Below are positions 36,971 to 45,208 of a stretch of 64,000 nt of DNA, piece after piece. Source of the DNA: a virus; IMG/VR virus record IMGVR_UViG_3300027985_000286, positions 1 to 64,000 of that record. One strand, written 5' to 3'. Each line of letters begins with the position of its first letter. Position 1 is the first letter of the stretch. Both the position numbers and the translations under genes were made by a program. The notes beneath the pieces were generated by a model. It was not told the origin of the DNA. It did no database searches and worked only from the letters and a program-made list of their open reading frames with translations.

Positions 36971-37765
36971 CTAGACTGTTGGCATTTCGGAAATTTCTAC
37001 GGGTGTGATGTTTTTGGTTACAAGGTTTTGCATGTTAAGGTCATCTGTATTCGGGTTCTTTTTCTGCAATAGGTCTGCAATCATTTCTGCAACCTTTTTT
37101 GATTTCAAGGGGTGAACTGCATATTCTTCAAAATCCAGATAAGATCCGGTTGCTTCTCTAAACGTGACAAACCTCTTTAAGCACTGCCAACATTCACCAC
37201 AAGGAACACCATTATGACTATGCCAGCAAGAAGATGACTTCTTGCTGATATCATAAATGCTTACGCCGTGATTCAAGGCCCATCTAACAGCATCAACCTT
37301 AGTCCATCCTCTGTCGGCTAGTGGGAAAACCACTCTGACCTGTTCTTCCTTGAATGGAGACAAGGTGTAGGTTGTAAGACCAGATACCACGTCTCTAAAG
37401 AAGGCGTTCTTATCTGTAGCGTCAATATTTACCTCATCAACCAAAGATCCTAGCCATATCTCATCTGGCAGGAACTGGCAAGCAGCAAGGGTAACAAACA
37501 CTAGGTTTCTCCCTGGAATGTAGATACTACCCTTTAAAGGCTCGCTCTTCTTGGCGACGCAGCCAATACCATTCTTACCCAACCAGTCTACGTTCATGCG
37601 AATAACGTTTAGAGGGAGAAGGGAAACTTCCTCTTTCTCCGATTCTGCTCCGTGCGCATAATAAACGCACACAACATCGTCATCTTTATTTTCTACCTCT
37701 GACAACCTCTTCATTATGAAACTGTCTAGACCACCAGAGTAAAGGATTACAATCTTTTTACGCAT
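36971..37765 (-). CDS. queC: 7-cyano-7-deazaguanine synthase-family ATPase
   Basis: SGGLDS PP-loop, YIPGRN, Zn motif C-x8-CGECWQC..R. Confidence 0.87.
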   Translation of the reverse strand: MRKKIVILYSGGLDSFIMKRLSEVENKDDDVVCVYYAHGAESEKEEVSLLPLNVIRMNVDWLGKNGIGCVAKKSEPLKGSIYIPGRNLVFVTLAACQFLPDEIWLGSLVDEVNIDATDKNAFFRDVVSGLTTYTLSPFKEEQVRVVFPLADRGWTKVDAVRWALNHGVSIYDISKKSSSCWHSHNGVPCGECWQCLKRFVTFREATGSYLDFEEYAVHPLKSKKVAEMIADLLQKKNPNTDDLNMQNLVTKNITPVEISEMPTV

Positions 37766-38150
37766 CGTCGTGTCTCACGTTTTCTTTTTCTACAAGGTTA
37801 TGATGAAGAAGGACGATATTAACCCAAGGGCAAGCCTTCTTTATGATTTCTGCCTGAATCTGGTCATCCTCAAAATGGATATCTATCCGTTTTCCAGAGT
37901 CCTTAAGCATAGTAATCACTTCAGCCTTATGAAGAGCAGAGCTCTCTCTAGTCTTTTGATTGAACGGAAGAGGATTGTAAAACACTCTGTTCGCAATGCC
38001 TAGCCCACCTAGAAATCTTTCTGTTTCGGGCATCTCTTCAAAAGACCTACCTGTGATGATAACGTCAGAGTGACATGGTCGGACCCCAGTCCGACCATGT
38101 CCCATAAAGATTACACCGTCAATATCGAATGAGTTCATACTAGAACTCAT
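37758..38150 (-). CDS. small cap-less HAD phosphatase
   Basis: FDIDGV, IITGRS, HK, HFEDD; overlaps both the MIPS gene and queC. Confidence 0.82.
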   Translation of the reverse strand: MSSSMNSFDIDGVIFMGHGRTGVRPCHSDVIITGRSFEEMPETERFLGGLGIANRVFYNPLPFNQKTRESSALHKAEVITMLKDSGKRIDIHFEDDQIQAEIIKKACPWVNIVLLHHNLVEKENVRHDDA

Positions 38151-39264
38151 TCGTGAGGTAGTAGGTAGGGATCTCTCTGGCAGCTAGGTACTCACATTCT
38201 GCCTTCGCTTCCGAGTACATCATTTGCATTGGAGGTGTCTTCTGAGTCCACGCGCTAGGTCCACGAAGAGAACCTTTAATGCCCAATTCCTGAGCCACCT
38301 TTAGATACCTGATAGCATCAATAACAACACCCGCAGAATTTTCACTATCTTGGACTGACAGCTTGATATCAACTGTAATCTCAGCCCCTCCGAAAGATTC
38401 AAGGATGACGTTGAAGTAAGCAACCTTATTGTCTTTCAGGTACGGAATAAAGGTACTTGGCCCAGCGAACAACGTATCCTTTTCCATAGGAATACCACGT
38501 ATGTCATTCTGAGCCCTAATGACATTCTCTTTGCTAATCTTCTTGGAAGACAGCCTGTTAGGGTTCATCATGTTGGCGAAGTCTGTATTTCCACCAACAT
38601 TCAGTTGCTGATGGAACTTTACCTTGCACCCTCTGTCAAAGGCGAGCTCCTGAATAACCTGAGACAAGATAGATGCACCAACTTGACTACGCATATCATC
38701 ACCAATAAGAGGAAGACCGGCATCAATAAACCTTTTCTCCCACTCAAGGTTAGACGCAATGAATACTGGAATACAGTTTAAGAAAGGAATACCTGCATCA
38801 ATAGCACTCTGCGCGTAGAACTCAGTACCAACCTGAGACCCCACAGGGAGATAGTTAATGAGCATCTGTGCACCACTGTCTCTGAGGGCTTGAGCTACAT
38901 CAACAGGCTCTTCCTTGGCAATTTTGAAATTGATTGTATCGTGGAAGTTCTCCATATGAAGTGAGACACCATCACAAACTCTACCCATTTGAACCGTACA
39001 CTTGTCATCAATCTGAGTATGAAACACGCGGCAACAGTTGGGCTCTTCGAACATTGCAACATGAAGAGGCTTACCAACCTTTCTTTCATCAACATCAAAA
39101 GCAGCAACTACCTCAATGTCTGTTGGTCCATAACCACCGATGTCTTTAAACATAATACCAGGAAGACTATCCTGATTATTGTGACGATAGTAGTTGATGC
39201 CCTGAATCAGGGCAGATGCGCAGTTACCAACTCCCGCGATAGCAACCTTAATTTTTTCAGACAT
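38140..39264 (-). CDS. ino1: myo-inositol-1-phosphate synthase (bacterial/archaeal type)
   Basis: KVAIAGVGNCASALIQG, AAFDVD..KVG, NYLPVGS, NCIPVFIAS, IGDD.RSQVGA, QLNVGGNTDF, SKKISK, DNKVAY, DSENSAGVVIDAIR. Confidence 0.95.
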   Translation of the reverse strand: MSEKIKVAIAGVGNCASALIQGINYYRHNNQDSLPGIMFKDIGGYGPTDIEVVAAFDVDERKVGKPLHVAMFEEPNCCRVFHTQIDDKCTVQMGRVCDGVSLHMENFHDTINFKIAKEEPVDVAQALRDSGAQMLINYLPVGSQVGTEFYAQSAIDAGIPFLNCIPVFIASNLEWEKRFIDAGLPLIGDDMRSQVGASILSQVIQELAFDRGCKVKFHQQLNVGGNTDFANMMNPNRLSSKKISKENVIRAQNDIRGIPMEKDTLFAGPSTFIPYLKDNKVAYFNVILESFGGAEITVDIKLSVQDSENSAGVVIDAIRYLKVAQELGIKGSLRGPSAWTQKTPPMQMMYSEAKAECEYLAAREIPTYYLTNEF

Positions 39265-39341
39265 GTCTGTTTCCTTTAGAGTTAAAGGGTGGAAAGGCCT
39301 AAGGAAAACACCCCAAAAGCGACGCCTTTATGTCAATCTAT

Positions 39342-39370
39342 ATAGTAACACTTTCAGAGATACTAGTCAA
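39342..39370 (-). promoter_or_regulatory. sigma70-type promoter driving ino1-HAD-queC-HAD-43
   Basis: TTGACT-17 bp-TACTAT with TG extended -10 on minus strand. Confidence 0.7.
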
Positions 39371-40691
39371 ACAAAGAGTCTAACGTTCCTCTTTGAGTTG
39401 TTATTTTTGATGCTTTAAACCCAACTCTTGTCAAGGTACTGCCGTTCTTTTCGTTTGTTATGACCAAATTGGTATTGAACCTGTTGTTGGATACGGTTCT
39501 ATAGTCGCCAACGTGACTAAAGCTATCACTTCGTCCTAAACTAGAAAAATAATCATCCAACCTTACTGTTTCTTGAACCGTTGCGAGACCGCCTCTCAGT
39601 GGTCTTGCAACTTTCTCTTGCATGACACCCTCTACAAACCTTAACCAGGTTTCGTCTACATCTCTGGAGTATGATACTGCCTGAGAGTTGTTATAAACTC
39701 TAGAAGAAGCCAGTAGCTGTTTGATTTTCTCTGTAACGCTACTCAATGACTCCAAGTGCGCCCATTTTTCGTGCATTAGCGTCCATGGCATCTCTTTTAG
39801 AACAACAACAGGGCAAGAAAAAGCCTCTTCAATCACACCGTAGCCGAAAGTCTCCATCTTAGCTGGATGGTAAGCCACTTTGGCCTTAGAAATGAAGTCA
39901 ACCTTAGCAGCCCCTGTTAAACTATGTCGAATCTCATACTCCTTAACTCCGTTATCTTCGAGAGACCTTCTGAACTTCTCAGCGCTGGAACCAGATGTCA
40001 TTACTAGAGCTTTGCACTTCAGTTCTTTCACAACTCTAATGAACTCTTCTGGATTTTTTCTATCCTGGTACGTTCCGATAAACAGCAACCCTTCTTTACT
40101 TGGATAGAGGTTCGCGTATTCTAAGGATGGTTCTGCTATGGGTAAAGGAAGGCACACCCCTTTTGATGTTGGTGGTATCAACTTTAGATTATCGTTTGAC
40201 TGACTTCCTATTACCACGTTCTTACTAAGAAGAGACAACAACCATTCTTGGTACGGTCTGTTGAACACTGACTTTTTAGCAAGTAAAACCGATTCCGGGT
40301 TATGGGTGTAGTACACTACTGGAACGTTCAGATCCAAAGATACAATTGGATCAAGAGCCTCTTCATCATTGACAATGATTAAGTCATACACTGATTCTCT
40401 AATAGCGTCAATCAAAGCGTTCCTAAAGTTTACCTGTCTCTCAAAGCAAAGTCCATCACTGAACATGAATATCTTCTTATGGTGGCTATAAGCCAACGGA
40501 TCTTTAGGGCTAACTACCTTGCACTCCTTTTCAACATCTGGGTGCAGTCTTCCTCTCATTAAGGGTGAGTCTACAACAATATCAACAACCCACCCATACT
40601 TCTTCGCCATAAGATGAAACCCCTTGATAAAGGTCCCAACACCACCATTAATAGACAAATATCGATTCGAAACGACCTGACACACTCGCAT
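39363..40691 (-). CDS. GT-B fold (GT4-like) glycosyltransferase
   Basis: N-terminal GGVGT loop, VVYYTH, LFIG....RKN, HPA..ETFGY...E (Ex7E-type motif); ends TLDSLFD. Confidence 0.85.
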   Translation of the reverse strand: MRVCQVVSNRYLSINGGVGTFIKGFHLMAKKYGWVVDIVVDSPLMRGRLHPDVEKECKVVSPKDPLAYSHHKKIFMFSDGLCFERQVNFRNALIDAIRESVYDLIIVNDEEALDPIVSLDLNVPVVYYTHNPESVLLAKKSVFNRPYQEWLLSLLSKNVVIGSQSNDNLKLIPPTSKGVCLPLPIAEPSLEYANLYPSKEGLLFIGTYQDRKNPEEFIRVVKELKCKALVMTSGSSAEKFRRSLEDNGVKEYEIRHSLTGAAKVDFISKAKVAYHPAKMETFGYGVIEEAFSCPVVVLKEMPWTLMHEKWAHLESLSSVTEKIKQLLASSRVYNNSQAVSYSRDVDETWLRFVEGVMQEKVARPLRGGLATVQETVRLDDYFSSLGRSDSFSHVGDYRTVSNNRFNTNLVITNEKNGSTLTRVGFKASKITTQRGTLDSLFD

Positions 40692-40699
40692 GGTAACTC

Positions 40700-41983
40700 C
40701 TAGTCAAAGAGATCATCCAGAGACGATACGTTTGCCGCTTTCGTTTCCAGCCTTTGACTGTGAACCTTAGGTCCAATAGTTTTTGACCACTTAATGAATT
40801 CGTTATAGTCAGTAACTTGCAACAAGGTAGATAGAATAGATTGCCCTTCTCTAGACAACCATTTCAATAGGGAAGACTCTTCCCTAAACAAGGAGTTCAC
40901 GTGGTAGGTGAAATTGGCTATACTAGCAAACGCAGCAGCAACCATGAACACATGATATTGTTCAACTCTGTCTTCAGAAGAAAAATAGTCCCAGCTCCTC
41001 TTTGAAGAGTTTGTTGTCAACGACTCAACCACATCGCTCAAAGAAAACCTAGCACCCACATCACCAAAGTACCTTATGATATCCCTATGGTATTCTTCTA
41101 TTACCTTAACGTTGGTTGTTCCATAGAGCTGAAGCTTACCTCTACTGTTTAGGTAAGACCCGTTACTGAGCTTCATGGTATGAGACGTTGAATCGTAAGA
41201 TAGGTGCGTGTTCTGGTTAAGGTAACCAGTTTGATACAAGATAGCAGAGGGGAAAAGCCTAGCGATGCTTCCAACACCCAAAAGGTGCACGTTGGCTTTG
41301 ATGTCTTCCTCACACGGGAGAACAGGTACAGATGCCGCCCTTTCAATAGCTTCAAGAAGACCGTTACCGATAGACGTACCAGCAATTGATACACCTGCAA
41401 TCTGACAGTGCATGTCTATTGGGACCTCTTTAAGAAGAACCTCAACCCAACGTTGAAACCAATAGATCCCATTACCCTGCACGATCATCATAGGCTTGGT
41501 TTTATAGCCATGGGTCCTAAAGTACTCAATCTGAGATGCGAGATTGTACCCTGACTTCTTAGCGTACGAGTCGAAGTTATCTTTATCAAATCTCTTGCTA
41601 TTCAGGTCATTAATGACTGACCGGTTGTTGACTACAACAGGGACCTCATCAAAAGACATTGCGACTGTTGAGTGCTTCCCTTGTTTTTCATAAACAGCCT
41701 GCCTAAGACTGTCAGTAATCATTTTTCCTAGAGTAACGACCTGTAGGCCTCCCGAATCTGCATGTACGCTAGAAACGCTCTTAAATCTGTCATACGCTGC
41801 ACCAAACTTCTTTTCAGTATGCGCGTTGAACAAAATTCCATAACTATGACCGTGCGCTCCTTGTATAGGAGCAAACACCTCTTTGTCAATCCTATCCAAT
41901 ACGCTGTTGTTCTGGTAGCTTCTACTTAGAGCGAACCGGGTATGACCCATTCCTGAAGCAATGTACTCTAGATTAAGTGGCAT
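40700..41983 (-). CDS. dpdA: TGT-family 7-deazaguanine DNA transglycosylase (DpdA/DpdA2-like)
   Basis: HADSGGLQ, MSFDE, IVQG, HLLGVGS, SYDSTS TGT-barrel motifs; next to folE; ends SLDDLFD. Confidence 0.85.
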   Translation of the reverse strand: MPLNLEYIASGMGHTRFALSRSYQNNSVLDRIDKEVFAPIQGAHGHSYGILFNAHTEKKFGAAYDRFKSVSSVHADSGGLQVVTLGKMITDSLRQAVYEKQGKHSTVAMSFDEVPVVVNNRSVINDLNSKRFDKDNFDSYAKKSGYNLASQIEYFRTHGYKTKPMMIVQGNGIYWFQRWVEVLLKEVPIDMHCQIAGVSIAGTSIGNGLLEAIERAASVPVLPCEEDIKANVHLLGVGSIARLFPSAILYQTGYLNQNTHLSYDSTSHTMKLSNGSYLNSRGKLQLYGTTNVKVIEEYHRDIIRYFGDVGARFSLSDVVESLTTNSSKRSWDYFSSEDRVEQYHVFMVAAAFASIANFTYHVNSLFREESSLLKWLSREGQSILSTLLQVTDYNEFIKWSKTIGPKVHSQRLETKAANVSSLDDLFD

Positions 41984-41985
41984 GT

Positions 41986-42663
41986 TTAGTTTCGGATTAG
42001 GCTAGTAAACTCTTTTCTAGTACTCTCATTTTCAATGAAAGCACCGTTCAAAGATGTTGAAGTCGTCTCCGATCCAGCATCTTCAATACCCCTCGAAATC
42101 ACGCAATAGTGCTTCGCAGTAATAGACACTGCCACATCATTCGTATCAAGGATGTACTTGAGCGCCTCTGCAATCTGCACAGTAAGCCTCTCTTGAACCT
42201 GAGGCCTGCGTGAGAAGTAGTCCACAATGCGGTTAATCTTGCTCAGGCCAATCACCTTAGCCTTAGGGATATAGGCTACAGTAGCCTTGCCATCAATAGT
42301 AACACCGTGATGCTCACACGCAGACATCACCCGAATGCCACGCTCTACGAGCATCTCATCGTACCCCATCTTATTCTCGATGGTGGTACACTTAGGGAAA
42401 TACTCTGGCTTCAAACCCCAGAACAGCTCGTTGACGAACATCTTAGCAATTCGGTTGGGTGTATCCCTCAGAGAGTCGTCTTGCAGGTCCATGCCTAAGA
42501 TAGACCAGATTGACTTCATGTGAGCACGAATATCTTTAATCTTTTCCTCGTCATCACCTCTTAGATGAGTCTCGATGACAGGGGTTTGCAACTTGAGCTT
42601 TAGGAGGTGCTCTTGAACTCTGAGACCCAGCACCTCATCACACTTAGACTTATCCGGCTTCAT
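41986..42663 (-). CDS. folE: GTP cyclohydrolase I
   Basis: DTPNRIAKM, SACEHH, IGLSKINRIV, RRPQVQERLT, H.C..SRG. Confidence 0.96.
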   Translation of the reverse strand: MKPDKSKCDEVLGLRVQEHLLKLKLQTPVIETHLRGDDEEKIKDIRAHMKSIWSILGMDLQDDSLRDTPNRIAKMFVNELFWGLKPEYFPKCTTIENKMGYDEMLVERGIRVMSACEHHGVTIDGKATVAYIPKAKVIGLSKINRIVDYFSRRPQVQERLTVQIAEALKYILDTNDVAVSITAKHYCVISRGIEDAGSETTSTSLNGAFIENESTRKEFTSLIRN

Positions 42664-42680
42664 TCGGTTTCCTTAAAGGT

Positions 42681-42715
42681 AAGAAAGGGTGGTGTAGGAG
42701 ACTCCTACACCACCC
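42681..42715 (-). terminator. intrinsic terminator immediately upstream of folE
   Basis: GGGTGGTGTAGGA-3 nt-TCCTACACCACCC (13-bp stem) then TTTCTT on minus strand. Confidence 0.75.
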
Positions 42716-42738
42716 AGCTTAGTTAACACCGGTGGGCA

Positions 42739-43257
42739 TCAGTAAGCCACACCATCTCGCATCTCATCCACAGTGTCCCGCACGTAGCTGGAGGCGAGGG
42801 CCTTGTTGCTGTTGAAGAGGTCCACAGCGGCCTTCTCGATGACCGCCTTCTCCGACTCCTTCACCTTCTCCATATCCGACCCAGCCTTCAGGAGGTCGGC
42901 GTCCATCATTTCCTTGACCATCCGGATGACGTCCCCCTTCTTGCTGGAAATCAGCGTGCGCTTCCGATACACGCTCTTGCCGTTACGATACTTGACCTCA
43001 CGGTCAATGTGCACCACGTTGCCGTCGCTCGGGGCCGGGGCCGGGGCCGGGGTGGTCACCGCCTCTTCGGGCTGGGCCGGGTCAACATCCACCAGCTTCA
43101 GGGCCGGCGCAGCCTGCGGGATGCCAGCCTTGGCCCACCGACGGGCGCTGGAGACCGAAACACTGTGCTTCGCGGCCGCAGCAGCCGGGCTCATACCGTT
43201 GGACATATCCGCGATCACCGCATTCTTCACCTTCATGTCAATTGCGTTCGAGTTCAT
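42739..43257 (-). CDS. HTH-containing early protein, GC-rich
   Basis: GMS...AAAKHSVS.SSARRW HTH, PA-rich linker; AAGGAG SD before ATG 43257. Confidence 0.7.
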   Translation of the reverse strand: MNSNAIDMKVKNAVIADMSNGMSPAAAAAKHSVSVSSARRWAKAGIPQAAPALKLVDVDPAQPEEAVTTPAPAPAPSDGNVVHIDREVKYRNGKSVYRKRTLISSKKGDVIRMVKEMMDADLLKAGSDMEKVKESEKAVIEKAAVDLFNSNKALASSYVRDTVDEMRDGVAY

Positions 43258-43328
43258 GTTGTTACTCCTTTCCATTGTCTAGTAGTGTTCTGGCCCTTGC
43301 CAGCGTGTTTTGTGTTTCCACAGTATGA

Positions 43329-43356
43329 ATAATACTGTCTTTTAGATATCTTGCAA
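43329..43356 (-). promoter_or_regulatory. sigma70-type early promoter
   Basis: TTGCAA-16 bp-TATTAT on minus strand. Confidence 0.6.
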
Positions 43357-43400
43357 GGCTTTTCTGCACAAGAGTTTCTTATGAGAATGATAAATTTTAC

Positions 43401-44282
43401 TTATGTCCCCCAGCTGTTCCCGAACAGGTCAATGTGAAGCCTGGGGCTGTACCGGTAGCCATACTTCATTGCAAGGTTAGCCACAGTGGTTGAATTCTTG
43501 ATGTAGTCTTCATAAGTACCACCAACAGGCATCAGGTACACCGGTACGCTAAACGGTAGTTTGGCATATTCCATGAACTCGCCAACCTCGAACACATCTT
43601 GTTCATCCTGAACAACGAACTTGAGAACTGGTTGTGCTCCGGATTCAAACAACGTATTGACCGCATCGTAAGACCATGCCTTCTCCCTACTCTCTCCAGA
43701 TGCTCTCATCTTCGGTGAGATTGACAGTGTGATGCAATCTAGGTCAATAAGGCTCCCTCCGGCGATTAGAGCACCGTTAACACACCAAAAGTCCGACGGC
43801 CACGCTTGCGTGCCATTCGTCTCAAACGTGATATGCTGAAGTCCGTTCTCACGACAGAGTATGTCAATCGTCTCTAACAGACCTTTAGCGTTCTTCTGAA
43901 GCAGAGGCTCCCCGCCTGTAATAACAAGGTGCGTGTTCTCGTCAAACTGCTCATCAAAGAACAGTCCCCCGTTCACCTCAACAATCTTATATGCTAACTC
44001 CTTAGGGGTCATCTCAGTGCTCATATGCTTGAAACGCTTATCCCAAGCAGCGTAGCTATCACACCCAGTCTTGACAAGAGGAAGATCTTTGATGCTACCA
44101 TATTGATAAAATAGAGCAGCTACGGAGTCACGTTCCTTGGACTTCTGACCTTCAGGCATGCCAAACCCTGCGCACTGAAGATTGCATCCAAAGAGGCGCA
44201 CAAACACCGAAGGAGTGCCTACATGCAGGCCCTCACCTTGAATAGACTTGAACACCTCAACAACAGTTAGATTGCTGCTCAT
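43401..44282 (-). CDS. queE: 7-carboxy-7-deazaguanine synthase (radical SAM)
   Basis: E.F.SIQGEG..VG.PSVFVRLFGCNL.C...CDS, ITGGEPLLQ, FETNGT, SISPK, LKFVV, SPRLH. Confidence 0.92.
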   Translation of the reverse strand: MSSNLTVVEVFKSIQGEGLHVGTPSVFVRLFGCNLQCAGFGMPEGQKSKERDSVAALFYQYGSIKDLPLVKTGCDSYAAWDKRFKHMSTEMTPKELAYKIVEVNGGLFFDEQFDENTHLVITGGEPLLQKNAKGLLETIDILCRENGLQHITFETNGTQAWPSDFWCVNGALIAGGSLIDLDCITLSISPKMRASGESREKAWSYDAVNTLFESGAQPVLKFVVQDEQDVFEVGEFMEYAKLPFSVPVYLMPVGGTYEDYIKNSTTVANLAMKYGYRYSPRLHIDLFGNSWGT

Positions 44283-44790
44283 CTTTCTTCTCCATATACT
44301 TTTCCATGAACTCTTCGTAGCGGATAGACATTGTAGCATGGTACTCACGAGGGTTCATATTACACTTTACTGATGGCTTGCTTGAGTTCGTCAACCCTGC
44401 CGATAGGGTGAAAACCTTCTGCCTACTATGACCTGCTCCCCTACCAGACCAGTACACTACTTCTATGAGTTGCGTCTTGTCTTTATTTAGAATCCTGAAG
44501 ATCTCAGAATCGTTAACTCTAAGGAGTGCAGTACACCTAGCCATCACTTCGATTTGTTTCTGCTTGGGTAAGCAAGACTGCTCTGTGGGATATACCTTGA
44601 TTGTTGAGCCGTCAACAAGGTTGAGGTAATCTGTAAGGCCACCAACAGGACAGTTGGTGTTAGCGTCAATGGTTACGCAGTAGTAACCTGTCTGCTTGTT
44701 TGATTCCTGAATGAATCCAATGCCATCGAAAGCATAGTACAGTTCTGGATATAGAGTTCGTTTCTGTCTAATAGCAACAACTCTTGTCAT
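44257..44790 (-). CDS. hypothetical protein
   Basis: GAGGAG SD; overlaps queE start. Confidence 0.6.
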   Translation of the reverse strand: MTRVVAIRQKRTLYPELYYAFDGIGFIQESNKQTGYYCVTIDANTNCPVGGLTDYLNLVDGSTIKVYPTEQSCLPKQKQIEVMARCTALLRVNDSEIFRILNKDKTQLIEVVYWSGRGAGHSRQKVFTLSAGLTNSSKPSVKCNMNPREYHATMSIRYEEFMEKYMEKKDEQQSNCC

Positions 44791-44810
44791 ATCGCAAACT
44801 CCTCATCAAT

Positions 44811-44837
44811 AAAAAGAGGGGGAGTTAATCCTCCCCC
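44811..44837 (-). terminator. intrinsic terminator
   Basis: GGGGGAG-GATTAA-CTCCCCC-TCTTTTT on minus strand. Confidence 0.7.
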
Positions 44838-45178
44838 AAACCTTCTTCGTCGTCATCAAACTCGTCGTCTTCGATGTCGCTGACCTCGATGTCGTTCAGC
44901 TCTTTGAGCGTATCCTCGTCATTGAGATCATCATCATCAACATCAACACCGTAATACTCACTCATGTATTCCTGCATGAAATCCAGATCTTGCCAGTAAG
45001 AGCTAGCAATCTCCTTACCATCCGAATCCGCAAGAACCAAGCAGTAGCTCTGAGTCTCGTTGCTGAAGTAAACGTTGAAATACTCTGCCTTATCGATCTG
45101 CTCGTCAGTGAACGGTGGCTGGACTTCTCCATCCTCTGCCATACGAACGAACGTCATGTACTCGTTAAGTTTCAACAC
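44825..45178 (-). CDS. highly acidic hypothetical protein
   Basis: AGGAG SD; D/E-rich C-terminus. Confidence 0.6.
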   Translation of the reverse strand: MLKLNEYMTFVRMAEDGEVQPPFTDEQIDKAEYFNVYFSNETQSYCLVLADSDGKEIASSYWQDLDFMQEYMSEYYGVDVDDDDLNDEDTLKELNDIEVSDIEDDEFDDDEEGLGED

Positions 45179-45208
45179 TGTCTTTTTCTCCTATGGTGAA
45201 CGTCTTAT

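Noticed and set aside
38140-40691. MIPS plus GT4 as mycothiol, phosphatidylinositol or di-inositol-phosphate synthesis
   Set aside because: No MshB/C/D, CDP-alcohol phosphotransferase or IPCT is seen, spanins indicate a Gram-negative host, and the genes are nested in the deazaguanine cluster. Disfavoured, not excluded.
40700-41983. Calling the TGT-family gene a tRNA queuosine transglycosylase
   Set aside because: It lacks the C-terminal CxCxxC zinc site of tRNA TGTs, has a clamp-type tail, and sits among replication genes, so a DNA-acting DpdA fits better.
42664-42738. preQ1 riboswitch upstream of folE
   Set aside because: Only a simple terminator hairpin is present; there is no preQ1 loop or A-rich tail consensus.
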